A DNA stretch of 64,000 nt from Phoronis australis (GCA_002633005.1 NMRA01000600.1:190399-254398); one strand, 5' to 3'; shown: positions 11,931 to 25,786, counted from the first letter of the stretch. Numbers and translations are program-made. Notes: generated from the letters alone by a model not told the origin.

Positions 11931-14551
11931 GACAATCTCGGGGATGAAGCCATCAAGAGTTGAGTAACCGTGAACCAACACGGAGAGTAAGAATGGTCCT
12001 AGGACCAGTACACTGACCGGTAGCGAAGAGATGGCTCAAATAGCTATAGCTGAGATCTAACATTGTGAAAACACAAAATTCCCGATGAACTAAAGCTAAT
12101 TGCTGGGCAGCTCTGCAGTGATTCACTAGAGACAGGCAGCTTGTACCGGCCGTCTGTGCTCGCACTAAGATCAAAATTCCTTTTATTGTGATCCATTTTC
12201 GGGAAAATTTTATTTTATTATGGTCATTCTTTGAAGGAGTTTTTTGAAAAGGTGAGGTCCTGATGTCCCTGGTGTAGTGTCTTTGTGGCTGTTTCAAAAT
12301 GACCGGTAGTCCAGTTCCTGTTCGTTGGGGAAAAGGATAGTGGGTCTAAAAAATGTACACACTTCCTGAACGCCTGGATTTCAAATTCAGTTCCCGTGGA
12401 TCAGTGAAATTCTGCGCGGGCCTACTGCATGGTTACATCTTATTATTAACGTGGTTACGTCATCATGACGTGCACGCGAATCAGGACAAGCAATCAAATC
12501 AAGTTTGAAGAAAAAAAAAATCATTGCTACTGGAAACTAAAAACACCAACGAAGTGCTAAGACAACCTTTCCAAGCAAGAGTTTAATTTTATTAAATTAA
12601 AGGAGAATGCCACCCGATTTAATTATTCTTCTTACCATCTTAGTCGGTCCACATCACCTCGTATACGGTCGATCTTACCTCGCCGAGAGGTGGCGCATTA
12701 ACCTGTGAGGAAGGTGAGACACGACGCAGCAACGTCAGTTGTTCTTCAGCAGAGTGAGTACCTCTGTGGTGTGGTGTATCGTTCCCACTTGTGCGAACTA
12801 TGAAGCTGCGAGGAGAGCTGGGTAGGCCTATATCCCTTTTTTCGAGTTCGTCCAGAGCCCATAATTCTTCTGAAGTGGCTCGCGGTAGTGAAGAATTAAA
12901 AGTACGCCGTTAATAACAAGTACAGCTGTATGACTGAGGCCGTGAAACTTCTCGTGTCTGTCAGTGGCCATCACACTGTGATTGAAGTAGTATTTACACA
13001 AACCGAATAATTAACTCAAACTAAATACTCTTTCATGCTTTTCCATGTACATTTGGTTGTTTTCATATTGAACAGCAGTGACACCGGTTGCCAAAATATA
13101 AACAACACATCGTATGAGAAGTGTTTTTGTCGTTCAAAAAATGTCTTTAATATTGCTTTGGTAAGCTGCTTGGCTGTTTTCAGAAATTAATGTAGAAGTC
13201 TACGTCCAAGCAGTTTTTTTATGTAAAAATCTCGCTACAGGGGGGTTATTTTAAAACTCAGATGCTTTAAAATTCCTTGGTCTACGTACGTTTTGTAAAA
13301 ACTCACTGTGTGGGGGGTTTTCTGGTGAACGGTGGTGGGGAAATGCGTCGTCGGAATCTAGGACACCCTGAAGTATAGGGAATCCCATTTTAGACACCCT
13401 TTTTCGATATCCTAGATGAACCTCTAGAAACGAATTAAACATGCTTTAAAAAGGGCAAATTTGGTACTAGTCAACGAGAGCACCAGCCATCCAGAGGCAA
13501 GGTGAGAGTCAGCTGATTTTCACCAAAATTTGACACATAGGTAGTCCTATGGGATCTATAAACAGTAGTAAAATATTTCCCAAAAATATTACGTTCTACT
13601 AAAGTTATGGGCTTAAACACATTTTAGGGATTCGCAAGCATTATTTTCAAGCTGTAAAAACTGTCCAAATTTAATTGTTTACATTTTTCTTGAATGAAAG
13701 CTATTGAACTATTATTTACATGGCAATGTTTAGTGATGCCAGTAGATTTTTACACAGATTTCTTGAAAAAAACGATACCGATTTACCACCCTCATTTAGT
13801 AGTTTTACTACACTACCCCCGTTATGCTATTTTGAGGTTATGTTTAATACACTGCTATACCAAATCTGCCCCCATTGCTATGAAAATGAAACGTGACCAA
13901 AATGTTGACAAAAAATGTTACTTCCATTGCGTATAATAAAATTTTTGTCAATCAGTTAATTAGTTATACGGTTTGACACCTCAAATGAATTAAAATGAGA
14001 ACTTTTCAAATATCTGAGATCGTTGCGTCAGCACGTAAAATCAGATTGTCTTTAATGTTTTTTGATATTTTGCAATTAGTTTGTTCCTCTGAATGTTTTG
14101 AATGTTTTATTTCTTACCACATTTAGATACCATACATGGCTCCATTTTTGTTAAAATCGATTATGCCCTGCCCAGTGAACAGGGTTAGACATGAACTCTA
14201 CATATTGAGGTTATTTTGGTTTATACATGTAGTTGCTATACCTTGTAATTTCCATGTGGGTATTTCTTCACACACATTCAAATAAGATTTTCTGTTGATT
14301 AAATGCTTATGCAATGCATTGTAATATCTAATAAATGATACCTTTAGTGGCATGACCACAATTTTATACGACTTGAAACAAAAGGCCGCAAAAGTCTTTT
14401 GTGTTCCTGACGAAATACCGGGTGTGCAGTTCTCTGAAAAGATTCGAACGACAAGACAAACTCCATCACTGTACATGGCAACTCGTCGCATGCATATTGC
14501 CCATCGGTCGTATCATTGTTTTCCGTTGTTGTGTCATTGTTGGATATAACA

Positions 14552-15512
14552 CATAGGCGGATTTAAGGTGGGCCCCGGGGACCCCCCCCCCCTTGGCTAC
14601 CGCAAAAAAACTAAAGCAGCGAGAGCGTAGGGAAATGTTGAGTTTATTAATTAACCCCGGAAATTAAAATTATACGGCTGAAACAAGATTTAAATGTGTG
14701 GGGGGCTCAGATCCAATTTCAAGTGTCAAATTCGGAACACGGCGCAATCGTAACGAAACTATGGCTAAGTATAGGCTCTCCCGCGATATCTCAGGCGACT
14801 CCGTTTCTGTCGTCTGCTCCACTGTGCAATGAAGAAAATTACTTCATTTTTGAAAGAAAATGGAATCTGAGTGATGGTGAAAAAACAGAAGCTGCTGGTA
14901 AGATGTCAATTTTAATCGAAGCCTGAGTGAATCACTCAGAAACTCACAATTCTCTCTTTGTCAAACCTTAACTTAAGACGATTTCCAAAGCAATCGCGTC
15001 ATTATTGCCAACACAAAACACGGATTTGGGCTGTTGGACAATTGAAAACTATTTTAAATACAACAAATTTGTTACGAACTGATTGCACAAAATATAAAAC
15101 ATGTAATAAGCATTACAAAAAGAAGGAGGTTTGGCGCGCAAACGCTGTGAACCATAAACAAGTAGGTCTCTTAGTATATTATTAGGAGCTAAATCGTGGT
15201 TGTGCAGTAGTAAAGCACGCGAGCTCTGTCCGCTAGGTCGTGAGTTCGAGTCTGTGGTACTTGCAGTTTTTTTTTTGTTTTTTTTTTTTTTTTGACACCT
15301 TCTTTTTTTGCCTTTTTTCTTGAATAATACTTCGGGAATCAAGGAAAGTGCTTGAATTTTAGAGGAGAAAACAGAAGAAAAATTTCTTGGGCGGGGAGGG
15401 GGCAAACCCGAACTCCCCCCATTCGGTGCTGTGCGCATCTACAATCGTGCTTCGAGCAAATGCTTACAGACAAAATGTTGACCCCCCTTGTGATATCCTA
15501 GATCCGCCACTG
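14552..15512. mobile_element. Non-autonomous hAT5-like element with 5-bp TSD
   Basis: TIRs CATAGGCGGATTTA / TAGATCCGCCACTG; perfect TSD TAACA at 14547-14551 and 15513-15517. Confidence 0.8.
15188..15295 (+). other. tRNA-like Pol III head (SINE or pseudo-tRNA) followed by a long T-run
   Basis: A-box-like GTGGTTGTGCAGTAGT, B-box GTTCGAGTC, then a T-rich tract; no intact cloverleaf confirmed. Confidence 0.4.
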
Positions 15513-16239
15513 TAACAGCACAAGTCACATGGATAAAGAACCTTGGGCGTACATCAGACCGTTGCCGATAAATTATTGTCATTATCTTTATTAATTTATA
15601 ACAGTGGAGAATATTGAAGATGCTAATGTGTTGTTCTCTATCCAACCAGGTTACCCGTGGATGACCACAGAAGAGAAATTCCAAGGTACCCACAAACAAT
15701 TATCTCGCAACTCTGTAACTCTTACCGCGTACACGAATCCTTCCCGTGGAACCTAAACACCATTTTTTTACATATATCCATGTATTGAGTTGTATTGCTC
15801 ATGGTTTGGGTTCAGATTCCGTTGTATTGGTAAGATTCCAATCCCTAACCCTAAATTTGCAGTTTGAGTAAAAGTTCTAGACAATGCAGGTTTATGGATT
15901 TATTCTCTTTTAAATTAAGAGCAAAGCTCAAATTCTGCACTGGTTTTTCAAAAGTAATCACTCACTCGAAGACCACACGCCTAAAAATAATACAATGTTT
16001 GAAAATTTTATTCTTTATCTCATCTGAAAGTTATCTGCCTCACAGACAAATCATCTAAATTGAAAACATTCCTTGTGAAAAAATATAAAACACCAACCAG
16101 AGACTTGTATACAGCAATGTATGTTTTCATAATACAATACAAATGCCTTCTAGAACTTTTCAACACTCCAATTGATACACCACACAGTCAACCACACAAA
16201 ACCGTGAAGTCAGGGAATTGCACTTAAGGTGATGTAGTC

Positions 16240-17250
16240 TCACTGCGAAGAAGGAGTTTCACAATGTCGCTGGCATCAGTAAATTTCTTCTTCATAAACT
16301 TGACGTGGCTGTTCATACGGAGAATTATGTACCACACCAATGTTCCTATCGACAAATAACCACCACAAAATGAAAAATTGGCTTGTCGCTTCCAATTACA
16401 ATGAAATGGTAATGGAAAAATACTTTTGCAACATGGTTTGCATTACAATTGCCGTGCAATTACAGTTGCAATTACATACATACATCTGCTAGACCAGTTA
16501 CGAAATTATTTATGGAACCATAAAATTGTCAAATTCACCAAAAACCAAGGAATCACAAGAGCTAATGTGCCAACAATTTTCAGTACTACAACAAAAATTT
16601 GAAGTGGACATCTCAATAAGATGCCTTGTCGAATAGTGTGTGATTTTATGCACACAGCATGGTCTCAGGGATTACCAAACTGACAATTTGCTGCAATTCC
16701 AGAAATCACTTCCCATCCCGATAAGGAAGAGATTGAGAAAGTTTATAGAGGTAAATGGTCTAAATCAAAACTTTACCTCCTGGACAGAATATGGGTTTAC
16801 AACCCATGCAGAAAGATATGTGAACAAAACCAGCCAAACTGCAACAGGGGCCCAAATGTCAGTAATAAATACTTATTTGCAAAAAAAAACATTATGGTAA
16901 ATACATGTAAATTGCGCAAACATATATTCAGAAGAAATACACAATTTCAAGGAAAACAAACAGTACAGTGGTCAGAAATCCCAAAACAAACGTCTAAATG
17001 TAATGGCCACACCGAGAAATCCTGTCAGACCAAAAAATCCAGTGGCTAAACAGAAAGAACAATGTAACATTACCATATGGCTAGGAGCATAGTAGGTGGC
17101 TGGATCAAAATTCAATCCAGGTAAAATTAGATCTGTGCTCCTCGCACAGCAGTTCTGGTTCAAACAAAGCTTGCAACAACTCACAAGCAAACTTCCCTGC
17201 AAAGCTATGCTGACATAGAAATGCCACTACTCGATTTAGCAGATCAGCCA
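16240..17250 (-). pseudogene. Decayed BEN-domain-like coding remnants
   Basis: 17250->17060 reads ADLLNRVVAFLCQHSFAGKFACELLQALFEPELLCEEHRSNFTW...DP, resembling BEND3-type GNFAxxLLxxLFPELF...LDP. 16340->16240 reads WYIILRMNSHVKFMKK, which could be a BEN C-terminal helix. Stops and frameshifts are present. Confidence 0.45.
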
Positions 17251-18064
17251 GAGTAATACAGGTCCAGCCAATGTACTGTTTCCTCTTTTTAATTTTTACA
17301 CTGCTACATCCTGGACGATCTTAAAGCGCAGATTTTTTCCAGTACATACCCCACTTTCTCCGTTATATCTTCTTCATCCAAATGTTCTAGTTTCCCACAC
17401 TTGCCGCGAGTGGCGTATCTCAACAAATGATTTTGGACCTGCTGTGGTTTAAGCTAGTAATCTTTGGCAAATACTTCTTCCCAACTCGCTCCTCAAGTTA
17501 CAAATTGTCTTTGACACATCTTCTGGGAGTAGTCTTTTCGGCCTCTCTCTCTAGCCAGAAGGAATTTTTCAATGGTTATGAGAAAATTCTTGCTGGTTTT
17601 GAACTTTTACATACAGTAATGAGCCAATGTTTACAACCACCTCAGACAAAGGGAGCACTTGCAGCAGGAACTACTTATCAGTGAAAATCCTCAGTCTTGT
17701 TGTCTTAAGTGCTCGAAATTGTTTTTCAAGTATTGGGTTCATTTCATAGCCCATCAAATGTAATGAAATTAAAATATTTGGTTTCCTGTGAATTACCTGC
17801 AGTTGCCACTGATGTCACCAAAGGAAAAATGGCTGCCGAGGAAGATGACTCAGTGAGTGTTCACTGGAGTCGTTATGTTAATCTGGTCAGTAGGACTTTA
17901 ATGGAATACCCAAACAAGCAAGCAGTTGAAACGTTTGATAAATCTAATAAGTCGATAACAGATCTTCTGAAACATGTTAATTCAGGCCTCATCCCTTTCA
18001 CTGCAGACGAAGAGGCAGATGAATGTTGCCAGAAGGGGTTTGATTACCACCGTTCGTTCTCAGA

Positions 18065-18466
18065 ATTGACTGTTTAAGGGAAACATGGAGTTCAGTTTGG
18101 AATTATATGGAGACCAAGAAAAAACATGTACCCAATCTCAATTGTAGAGTTTAAGTTTGGGGTGTCGGATGAAATTTCCCAAAGAATTTTTCGAGGAAGA
18201 GATATTGTCACTCAAGGGGGATGTTTGTATGCATTTATAGATAACTTTTATTCGCCCTTATTATGGAGATAAGAAATTGCATGATCTAGTTTTTGAAATC
18301 AGTTACATTTTCAGATCTCTCTTTAATGTCGGGAAGGCAAAGAATTTCAGATCACGCATCCACGGGTATTTGTCCAGTTTATAAAACATTTTCACGCCTC
18401 TGTTGAAGCCCACAACACAATACTTAATAATTCTTTAGCATAAGAAGAACGAATAGAGTAACCCAA
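18065..18466 (+). repeat. Segment duplicated at 22775-23176 (haplotype or assembly duplicate)
   Basis: Near-identical sequence, with only a few substitutions, begins immediately after the N at 22774. Confidence 0.95.
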
Positions 18467-19294
18467 CCGATAAAAACTTGTTAAGAATCAGACAACAGAC
18501 AGCATGAGAAACTCCAGTGGCTCGAAAACGAGGCAGTAAATGTGCGTGACAAATGTTTATGGCATTGTGGGTAAATACAGCGAGATTTGAATGTCGCTGT
18601 GTAATCCTGGACGGCCATATTGCCATGAACCCCATGAACTGTATGTTTTTTTAATTCTAGTTATGTGTGCTTCGACCGTGCGGTTAATAGCGGAAAGGAT
18701 CGACAAAAATTACTAATAAACTTCAGCACATGCATTATACTCAAATAAATAACCCCTGCATAAATCCTGAATGTTACTGGAGTGATACACTGACTTATTC
18801 AGTTCTGACAGTGGCGTTATTTTGAACTCGGGGGACGATTTGTGCGAGTTAAAATATTGCTCTTCGTTATCCGTAGGACTCACAAAGGATTGTAAGTGAT
18901 ACTCAAACATGAAGCTAAGAACGTGAATTATTTTTAGAAATGCCATTGCTCGAGAGAACCCTTGTCGGCCGTCCCGCCGGCTTCCGGCTGTAGCGCAGCT
19001 TAGAAAACTCTAAAAAAGTTACTCAGCTACTTTGAAATTTGAACACGCATCTTAACCGAGTACAGAGATTCCATCGCTTACCTCTCTTCGAGCCAGTTGT
19101 AAATGTCGTCTTGGCTCTTACCCTGGCACTTTTCTCTGCGATAATTCTACGTTTCGAACACTCACTGACGCCTTGTTATGCGAGGCGACCTAATTTTATA
19201 AGCACATCCTCGTGATGGTTACGTGACACAACAACTCATTTCTCTGACTCCGACAAATGTGCAAAAAGCTCATTAATTGGTCCAATCTCATAAG

Positions 19295-19428
19295 CAGTGA
19301 CGGATTTAGGGGGGAGGGGGCAAGGAGGTCATGGCGTACCTAAAATTCTTCCAGATTACATTTCGCAGCTCGGGGGTGCGAATATCTGCCCTGGACACCC
19401 CTAACTCAAAATCCTGGATCCGCTTCTG
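19295..19428. mobile_element. Short hAT-like MITE
   Basis: Ends CAGTGACGGATTTAGG / CCTGGATCCGCTTCTG; homologous to 11775-11930. Confidence 0.6.
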
Positions 19429-21459
19429 TTTTTTCACAAGCATGAAATGTACCTCCAAGAAAGCAGCTCCAGTGTTACCATGGTAACCGATATTTTAGTC
19501 TCGGTGCCGATTTTGCTTACAATGGTCATGAACCTATCATGTGATATTAAAATTATTCAGAATGATTCCGTTTGAAGCAGGAACTGCAGTAGAAAATGCA
19601 GTTAAAAATGATTCATTCCGCATCAAGAAATTGCCTCATTTTGCCTCCCAGAAGACTAACCTAGTATCTCCTAAACTACAAAACTTTGTGGTGTCGTGGG
19701 CATCAAATTTCTTTCATCCTTAATGTGATTTATTAGACTAATCATGGTTATGAATGGCTGACCTTGCCGCTTGTTGGCTGTACTGTGGTCGGTGGATCCG
19801 TGGACTGATACTTAAGAGGAAATACTTTGAACGAAACACGGTGATACCTTTGTGTTTTTAGGATTGCGAAGTGTGAGTTGAATAAAATGTGAAATGTCAC
19901 TCCACTAGACATTCAAGAAATTAAAAGGAACAATACCTCAAGGTTTCTTCAAGCAGTCTGTGACCCGTCTGGGTCTCTTCGGAATTTTGTATAGGGGGTT
20001 TGTCTAAACCACTGAAAGTACAGATGTCGAAGAAGGGTACAGATGACGAAGAAAAGTTTAAACACTACAATTTGACACATTTACCAGGAACAATCACAAG
20101 ATTTAAGAATGTATTTGAAGTCAGTTTGTCACACATCAACGACTAAAACAACAATAGGTAAAATGTATACCTGAGACAGGGTCATGAACTTGACAGCAAC
20201 ATAAGAGAATTCTATTGTAACGTTAATATTGACGCAAATTCAGGCTTACATTACAGCCCATAGCCTAATCTCTGCATTCCATCAAACAACACGAAAACTG
20301 AGCAATTTCATGATATGAGCAAACTTGCGGATTTGTACATGTACTCCAATTATGCGACTTGATTGGCTAATGTTCTGAGGTTGTGGGTTCAAGTAATGAG
20401 CGTCGACCATGCAGACTGCAAGTAACTGTTTTCTCCTATCCTGCACAAAAATTATTGATTGACGCACTTTTAAAATTCGCCATTACGCACAGACAGTCAT
20501 GTTTACGACAGTTTATGGTTGGGCATGTACCCTGCTCACGCAGGACAATGCGGTCAATACAACGTATCCGACACCGTCGACGCACACCCTTTGATCATTG
20601 GGAAACCCATTCAGAAGGAAGGGCGGTGAACATTCCAGCATATCTCAAGCGTATAATTGTATAGTACTGATCAACTCGTATTTTTTACGAATCTCGTAGA
20701 GCAGTACGACCGCGTTTGGCCTTCGACCGTACACTAGTCCTACCAGTCTCCGCCATCTGTATTTCTGTTGACTTCTGTGGCTGCGCATGCGGTGTTGTAA
20801 TGTTTATATGTATTTTAATGACTGTCCTTTTTATTCCTTGTCAACATTTCTTGCGTTCCTAGTGTTTACAGAATTTTTTTTCATTATTGCACGTTTTCAA
20901 AGTCAATATTTTTTTAACTATATGTTTTACCAAAAAACGGGTTGAGACGACGTGAAGAGGTTTTTTCCTGTACACCTTGTACAATATTACTTTAGACAAT
21001 GGTTATACCGGATAAGTCAGGGTAGAGCTTTTTAGAATCAACAATTTCGATATTGAAGGTGTGATCATGGGCTTGTTTTAAAGTTCATGGCGAATTCTTG
21101 TACTGAACTTTCTCCTGGTTTAAAATGAATAATGAGTGGCAAATGAATGGTGGCAGAAAGTAAGCATTTTGAAAATACCAGACGATACTAAAACTCTGAG
21201 ATACAAGGAATTGTTAAAAAACTAACCCATTAAGTGATGATTAAGACTGCAGCCAGTGTAGTATAATGAACTATCGAAACTGCCAACAAGAAAGATATAC
21301 TTCAGCGACAACACATGGCCCCTAGATTTGCGTTAGATTGAGAAACCATGGAAGGATTTCCTAAGAGTCTGTTCAATACTTTTACTACTAAACAATGCTT
21401 TAAATAAAATGCAACAGACGTATTCTTAAAAATCTTCTGTAATGAAAATAATACCGAAA

Positions 21460-21670
21460 TAATCATCACAACGCTTTCAAATAGACACGCAACAATTTTA
21501 GTGACGTCCGTGTCAGAGGCCCTGATCAATGCATTGTCATTTGTGTTGATAAAGAGGAATGTAAGAATCGCGTCGACATTTCCATGGGAACCTTGAGAAT
21601 CCGGTGGATAACCAGGTGCATAGTACCTTTTTAAGAAAGGCGAACACAGTTTGTAGCCATGTCAGGCAAC
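21460..21670 (-). pseudogene. Academ-type transposase fragment (XPG/PIN-like motifs)
   Basis: Reads SQGSHGNVDAILTFLFINTNDNALIRASDTDVTKIV, a decayed S-H-E-E-A-D...I-R-A-S-D-T-D-V. Confidence 0.55.
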
Positions 21671-21714
21671 AAGTGTTTTCTCCCTAAGAAATGGTCTATA
21701 CAGGTCTTTCTGCA

Positions 21715-22773
21715 AAACTGCCCTTAAAATGTCCCGTTCTGCATATCAGGAGTTTTTCAAAAAGACATTTCTGGGTGTTAAATTCTTGTTACGCTGTTTT
21801 ACGGAATGAAGTTTCATTTGTCCTAAATGAAAAGCTTAGGCCCTAAAAACAGGTGTTTTTAAGTAACTTTGTTATTCTGTATTGCCTGTACCTACTGTTG
21901 TCTGTAGTACTTGACTACACCCGTGAACTATTTTTTAATAAAAAACAATCCAGTATTTCTGGCTGCTAACCGCGTACATGTACTGTGTATTTTGCAATTG
22001 GCAGGCTCTTTGCGGACCGTGCAACTTTTTTGATTTTTTACACCATTCCGAAACATCATCTAAATGTCTCGCTTTTTGGCGCGCGGCTAAATCGACATAC
22101 TACCGTATGTACTATTATAATTTCCCTTGCGACATAGCTATATTTTCCAGCTGGACTAAAACGGAAAAACAAGACAGGTTCTTCAGCTCAATATGCTACA
22201 GTAGCTGCGGTTTCAATGATCACATAACTGGGTTGTTTTTGACAGTTCCCGGTTGTCAGACGATTGACTGTGGGTTTGTTTAAAAGGTAGCTATGCTTTG
22301 GGATTGTGCGTAGATGGAAAGTGAATGATCAAATCCAGTAATTAATTTATTATATGATGACCCCCAAATAGACAAAGGAAACCTATTGTTAATTAAGTAA
22401 TCAACTACAAAGAGTAACTATGCTAGCGCCCTCTTTAAAGATTACTTTAATCAACCAAAACAATCAAATGTCGGTATCTGCTATCCAAGCTAGGACTCTC
22501 CACTTGTTGAATGTCTGTCCTGTTGGTGAATCTTCGAACTACACACACAATGTATAGCGACAGTGTACTTGCTGGTCACCGTCTTTGGTGATTCAACACT
22601 TGCAGGCAATTTCTTCTACCTGCAAGTCTTCTTGCTGGTCACAGTCTCTGGCTGATGACGCAACACTTCAGGTAGTATCTTACTACCCACGATGCAAATG
22701 ACAAGCTCTTAGTTAGCTTTCTGTTCCTTAACCCTTGCCCTTGCCAAGATTCTTTCTAGAATCTTCCACGAGA
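21715..22773 (+). repeat. Segment duplicated at 23182-24241 (haplotype or assembly duplicate)
   Basis: ~1.06 kb near-identical copy with scattered SNPs and small indels; the first copy ends at the N at 22774. Confidence 0.95.
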
Positions 22774-23794
22774 NATTGACTGTTTAAGGGAAACATGGAG
22801 TTCAGTTTGGAATTGTATGGAGACCAAGAAAAAACATGTACCCACCCTCAATTGTAGAGTTTAAGTTTGGGCTGTCGGATGAAATTTCCCAAAGAATTTT
22901 TCGAGGAAGAGATATTGTCACTCAAGGGGGATGTTTGTATGCATTTATGGATAACTTTTATTCGCCCTTATTATGGAGATAAGAAATTGCATGATCTAGT
23001 TTTTGAAATCAGTTACATTTTCAGATCTCTCTTTAATGTCGGGAAGGCAAAGAATTTCAGATCACGCATGCACGGGTATTTGTCCAGTTTATAAAACATT
23101 TTCACGCCTCTGTTGAAGCCCACAACACAATACTTAATAATTCTTTAGCATAAGAAGAACGAATAGAGTAACCCAAAAAACAAACTGCCCTTAAAATGTC
23201 CCGTTCTGCATATCAGGAGTTTTTCAAAAAGACATTTCTGGGTGTTAAATTCTTGTTTCGCTGTTTTACGGAATGAAGTTTCATTTGTCCTAAATGAAAA
23301 GCTTAGGCCCTAAAAACAGGTGTTTTTAAGTAACTTTGTTATTCTGTAGTACTTGCCTGTACCTACTGTTGTCTGTAGTACTTGACTACACCCGTGAACT
23401 ATTTTTTAATAAAATACAATCCAGTACTTCTGGCTGCTAACCGCGTACATGTACTGTGTATTTTGCAATTGGCAGGCTCTTTGCGGACCGTTTTTTGATT
23501 TTTTACACCATTCCGAAACATCATCTAAATGTCTCGCTTTTTGGCGCGCGGCTAAATCGACATACTACCGTATACATGTACTATTATAATTTCCCTTGTG
23601 ACATAGCTATATTTTCCAGCTGGACTAAAACGGAAAAACAAGACAGGTTCTTCAGCTCAATATGCTATAGTAGCTGAGGTTTCAATGATCACATAACTGG
23701 GTTGTTTTTGACAGTTCCCGGTTGTCAGACGATTGACTGTGGGTTTGTTTAAAAGGTATCTATGCTTTGGGATTGTGCGTAGATGGAAAGTGAA

Positions 23795-24613
23795 TGATCA
23801 AATCCAGTAATTAATTTATTATATGATGACCCCTAATTAGACAAGGGAAACCTATTGTTAATTAAGTAATCAACTACAAAGAGTAACTATGCTAGCGCTC
23901 TCTTTAAAGATTACTTTAATCAACCAAAACAATCAAATGTCTTATCTGCTATCCAAGCTAGGACTCTCCACTTGTTGAATGTCTGTCCTGTTGGTGAATC
24001 TTCGAACTACACACACAATGTATAGCGACAGTGTACTTGCTGGTCACCGTCTTTGGTGATTCAACACTTGCAGGCAATTTCTTCTACCCGCAATTCTTCT
24101 TGCTGGTCATAGTCTCTGGCTGATGACGCAACACTCCAGGTAGTATCTTACTACCCACGATGCAAGTGACAAGCTCTTAGTTAACTTTCTGTTCCTTAAC
24201 CCTTGCCCTTGCCAAGATCCTTTCTAGAATCTTCCACGAGATGGCTCTGACGTACAATTTCTTCTGTACACTGTAGCAAGTCTTCATGCTTCCACTACTA
24301 TAGCGCATCTCATTATCTTGTTGATTTCAGCCCATAATATAACATTCTACTTATTTAGTGATTGGCTAATAAAAACCACATGATCATATCCACTCGTATT
24401 ATTGGCTGTTACAATTTGTTCTCAGAATATTCTAGAATCTCTAGAGTACTTTGACCCCAGAACCCAAAGATGTAAACACCATCTAAAAATAGATTTTGAC
24501 GCTAAAATACATGTCAATAATTCTGACCCCATGATTTAAAAGTTCATATGCACAAATTTCGGGCAACTTAAAATGGATCTATTCTTACTAATTACTTAAT
24601 ATTTATTCTGACA
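23795..24613 (-). mobile_element. Possible solo LTR
   Basis: TG...CA ends with a weak inverted repeat (TGTCAGAAT / ATTTGATCA), two CCAAT boxes and a TATA-like stretch on the minus strand; no TSD found. Confidence 0.3.
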
Positions 24614-24729
24614 CCGGTATACCAAAGTTTACTAGGTATTTTCCAAAATGCTTACGTTCCAATGATATCCATTTGGCAGTCTGTGTTGCGCCATTATTAA
24701 TTTTAAGCAAGGAGAGAGTTCAGTCTAAG

Positions 24730-25280
24730 GTGGTACCTGAAATATCTAATCTAGCTCAAATTTCCAATGGCATACTGTGGTTGGGGGTTTCTGGTAGGCA
24801 CAACCCAGATTTTATTTTGTCTGTCATGGAGCATTTAGTTATCAGTGACATGTATTGAATCACATGGAATTGTTTTTTGTAGTACCTCGAATGTATGAGC
24901 TAGCTCATGTTTGGGGGTCCCTTTTGGGTTTCTGTAAGACCCTTTCCATAGTGCAAGGCGTCTGTCATGTTTCATTCGGTATTCAGTGCGGTACTATTGT
25001 TCGTTTTAAATCAGTTTTAGCTGCCAGTGTTACCTAGAGTATCTTATCTAGCTCAAATTCTCAATGACGGACCGTGGTTGATATTTTTGGGGTTTTTTGG
25101 CCGGCGCAACCCATTGGACAATTTTTCTGTCATAGGGTACTTAGTGATCCGTGGCATGTATGGAATCACAGGGAATTGGTTTATGTGGTCATTTTTGGGT
25201 TTCCACTTTCGCCGGACCCATTCCAAAGTGCAATTTGTCTGTCATGGGTCATTCGATGCTCAGTGCGGTACAATTGTAAG
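24730..25280. repeat. Degenerate tandem repeat, ~150-bp monomers in a ~295-bp dimer
   Basis: TACCT...ATCTAGCTCAAAT recurs at ~24735 and ~25031; TCTGTCAT recurs four times; TTC..T..TCAGTGCGGTAC.ATTGT recurs at ~24976 and ~25252. Confidence 0.75.
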
Positions 25281-25786
25281 CAATAAAAATTTAATTTAAG
25301 TTAGTTTCCTGACCCCTCAGCTCGACCATAATCCTCATCGAGGCTCACTCATTGTGTATAGGTGACGTATTTATTGACAGAAGTCGACTTGGATAACCAT
25401 AAAAGGCATAGAAACAAGAAATTTGGACAGCTAACTTTCTCTCGCAACCTTATTGTTGAGTGGTGAGCACATGCAAAGTAGCCTGGAAATGTACATAGTT
25501 TCATTCACAGCAGAGGGAGAAAAAGGACAATTCACAATGGACACAGTTCATCCAAAAAGACCGCTACCCCTCCAGTAGACCAAGACAGCCAGATGACGCA
25601 ATAGACGGTTGCAGTGCTGTGCGTCTCCCACATTTGGAAGCTAAGGGGATTACCCACCTTGCTGATGGCGATGGCTTTGGGTCAACACTTTCTTACAAGT
25701 TCAGGCCAAGCACAAAAAGAGAAAGCAGTTACCGTGAGACCAAACGACTGGACGGCCGAAAGGAACGTCACCGTAAACATTCACCC

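Noticed and set aside
12550-12976. Solo LTR candidate ending CATCACA
   Set aside because: No defensible 5' end or TSD.
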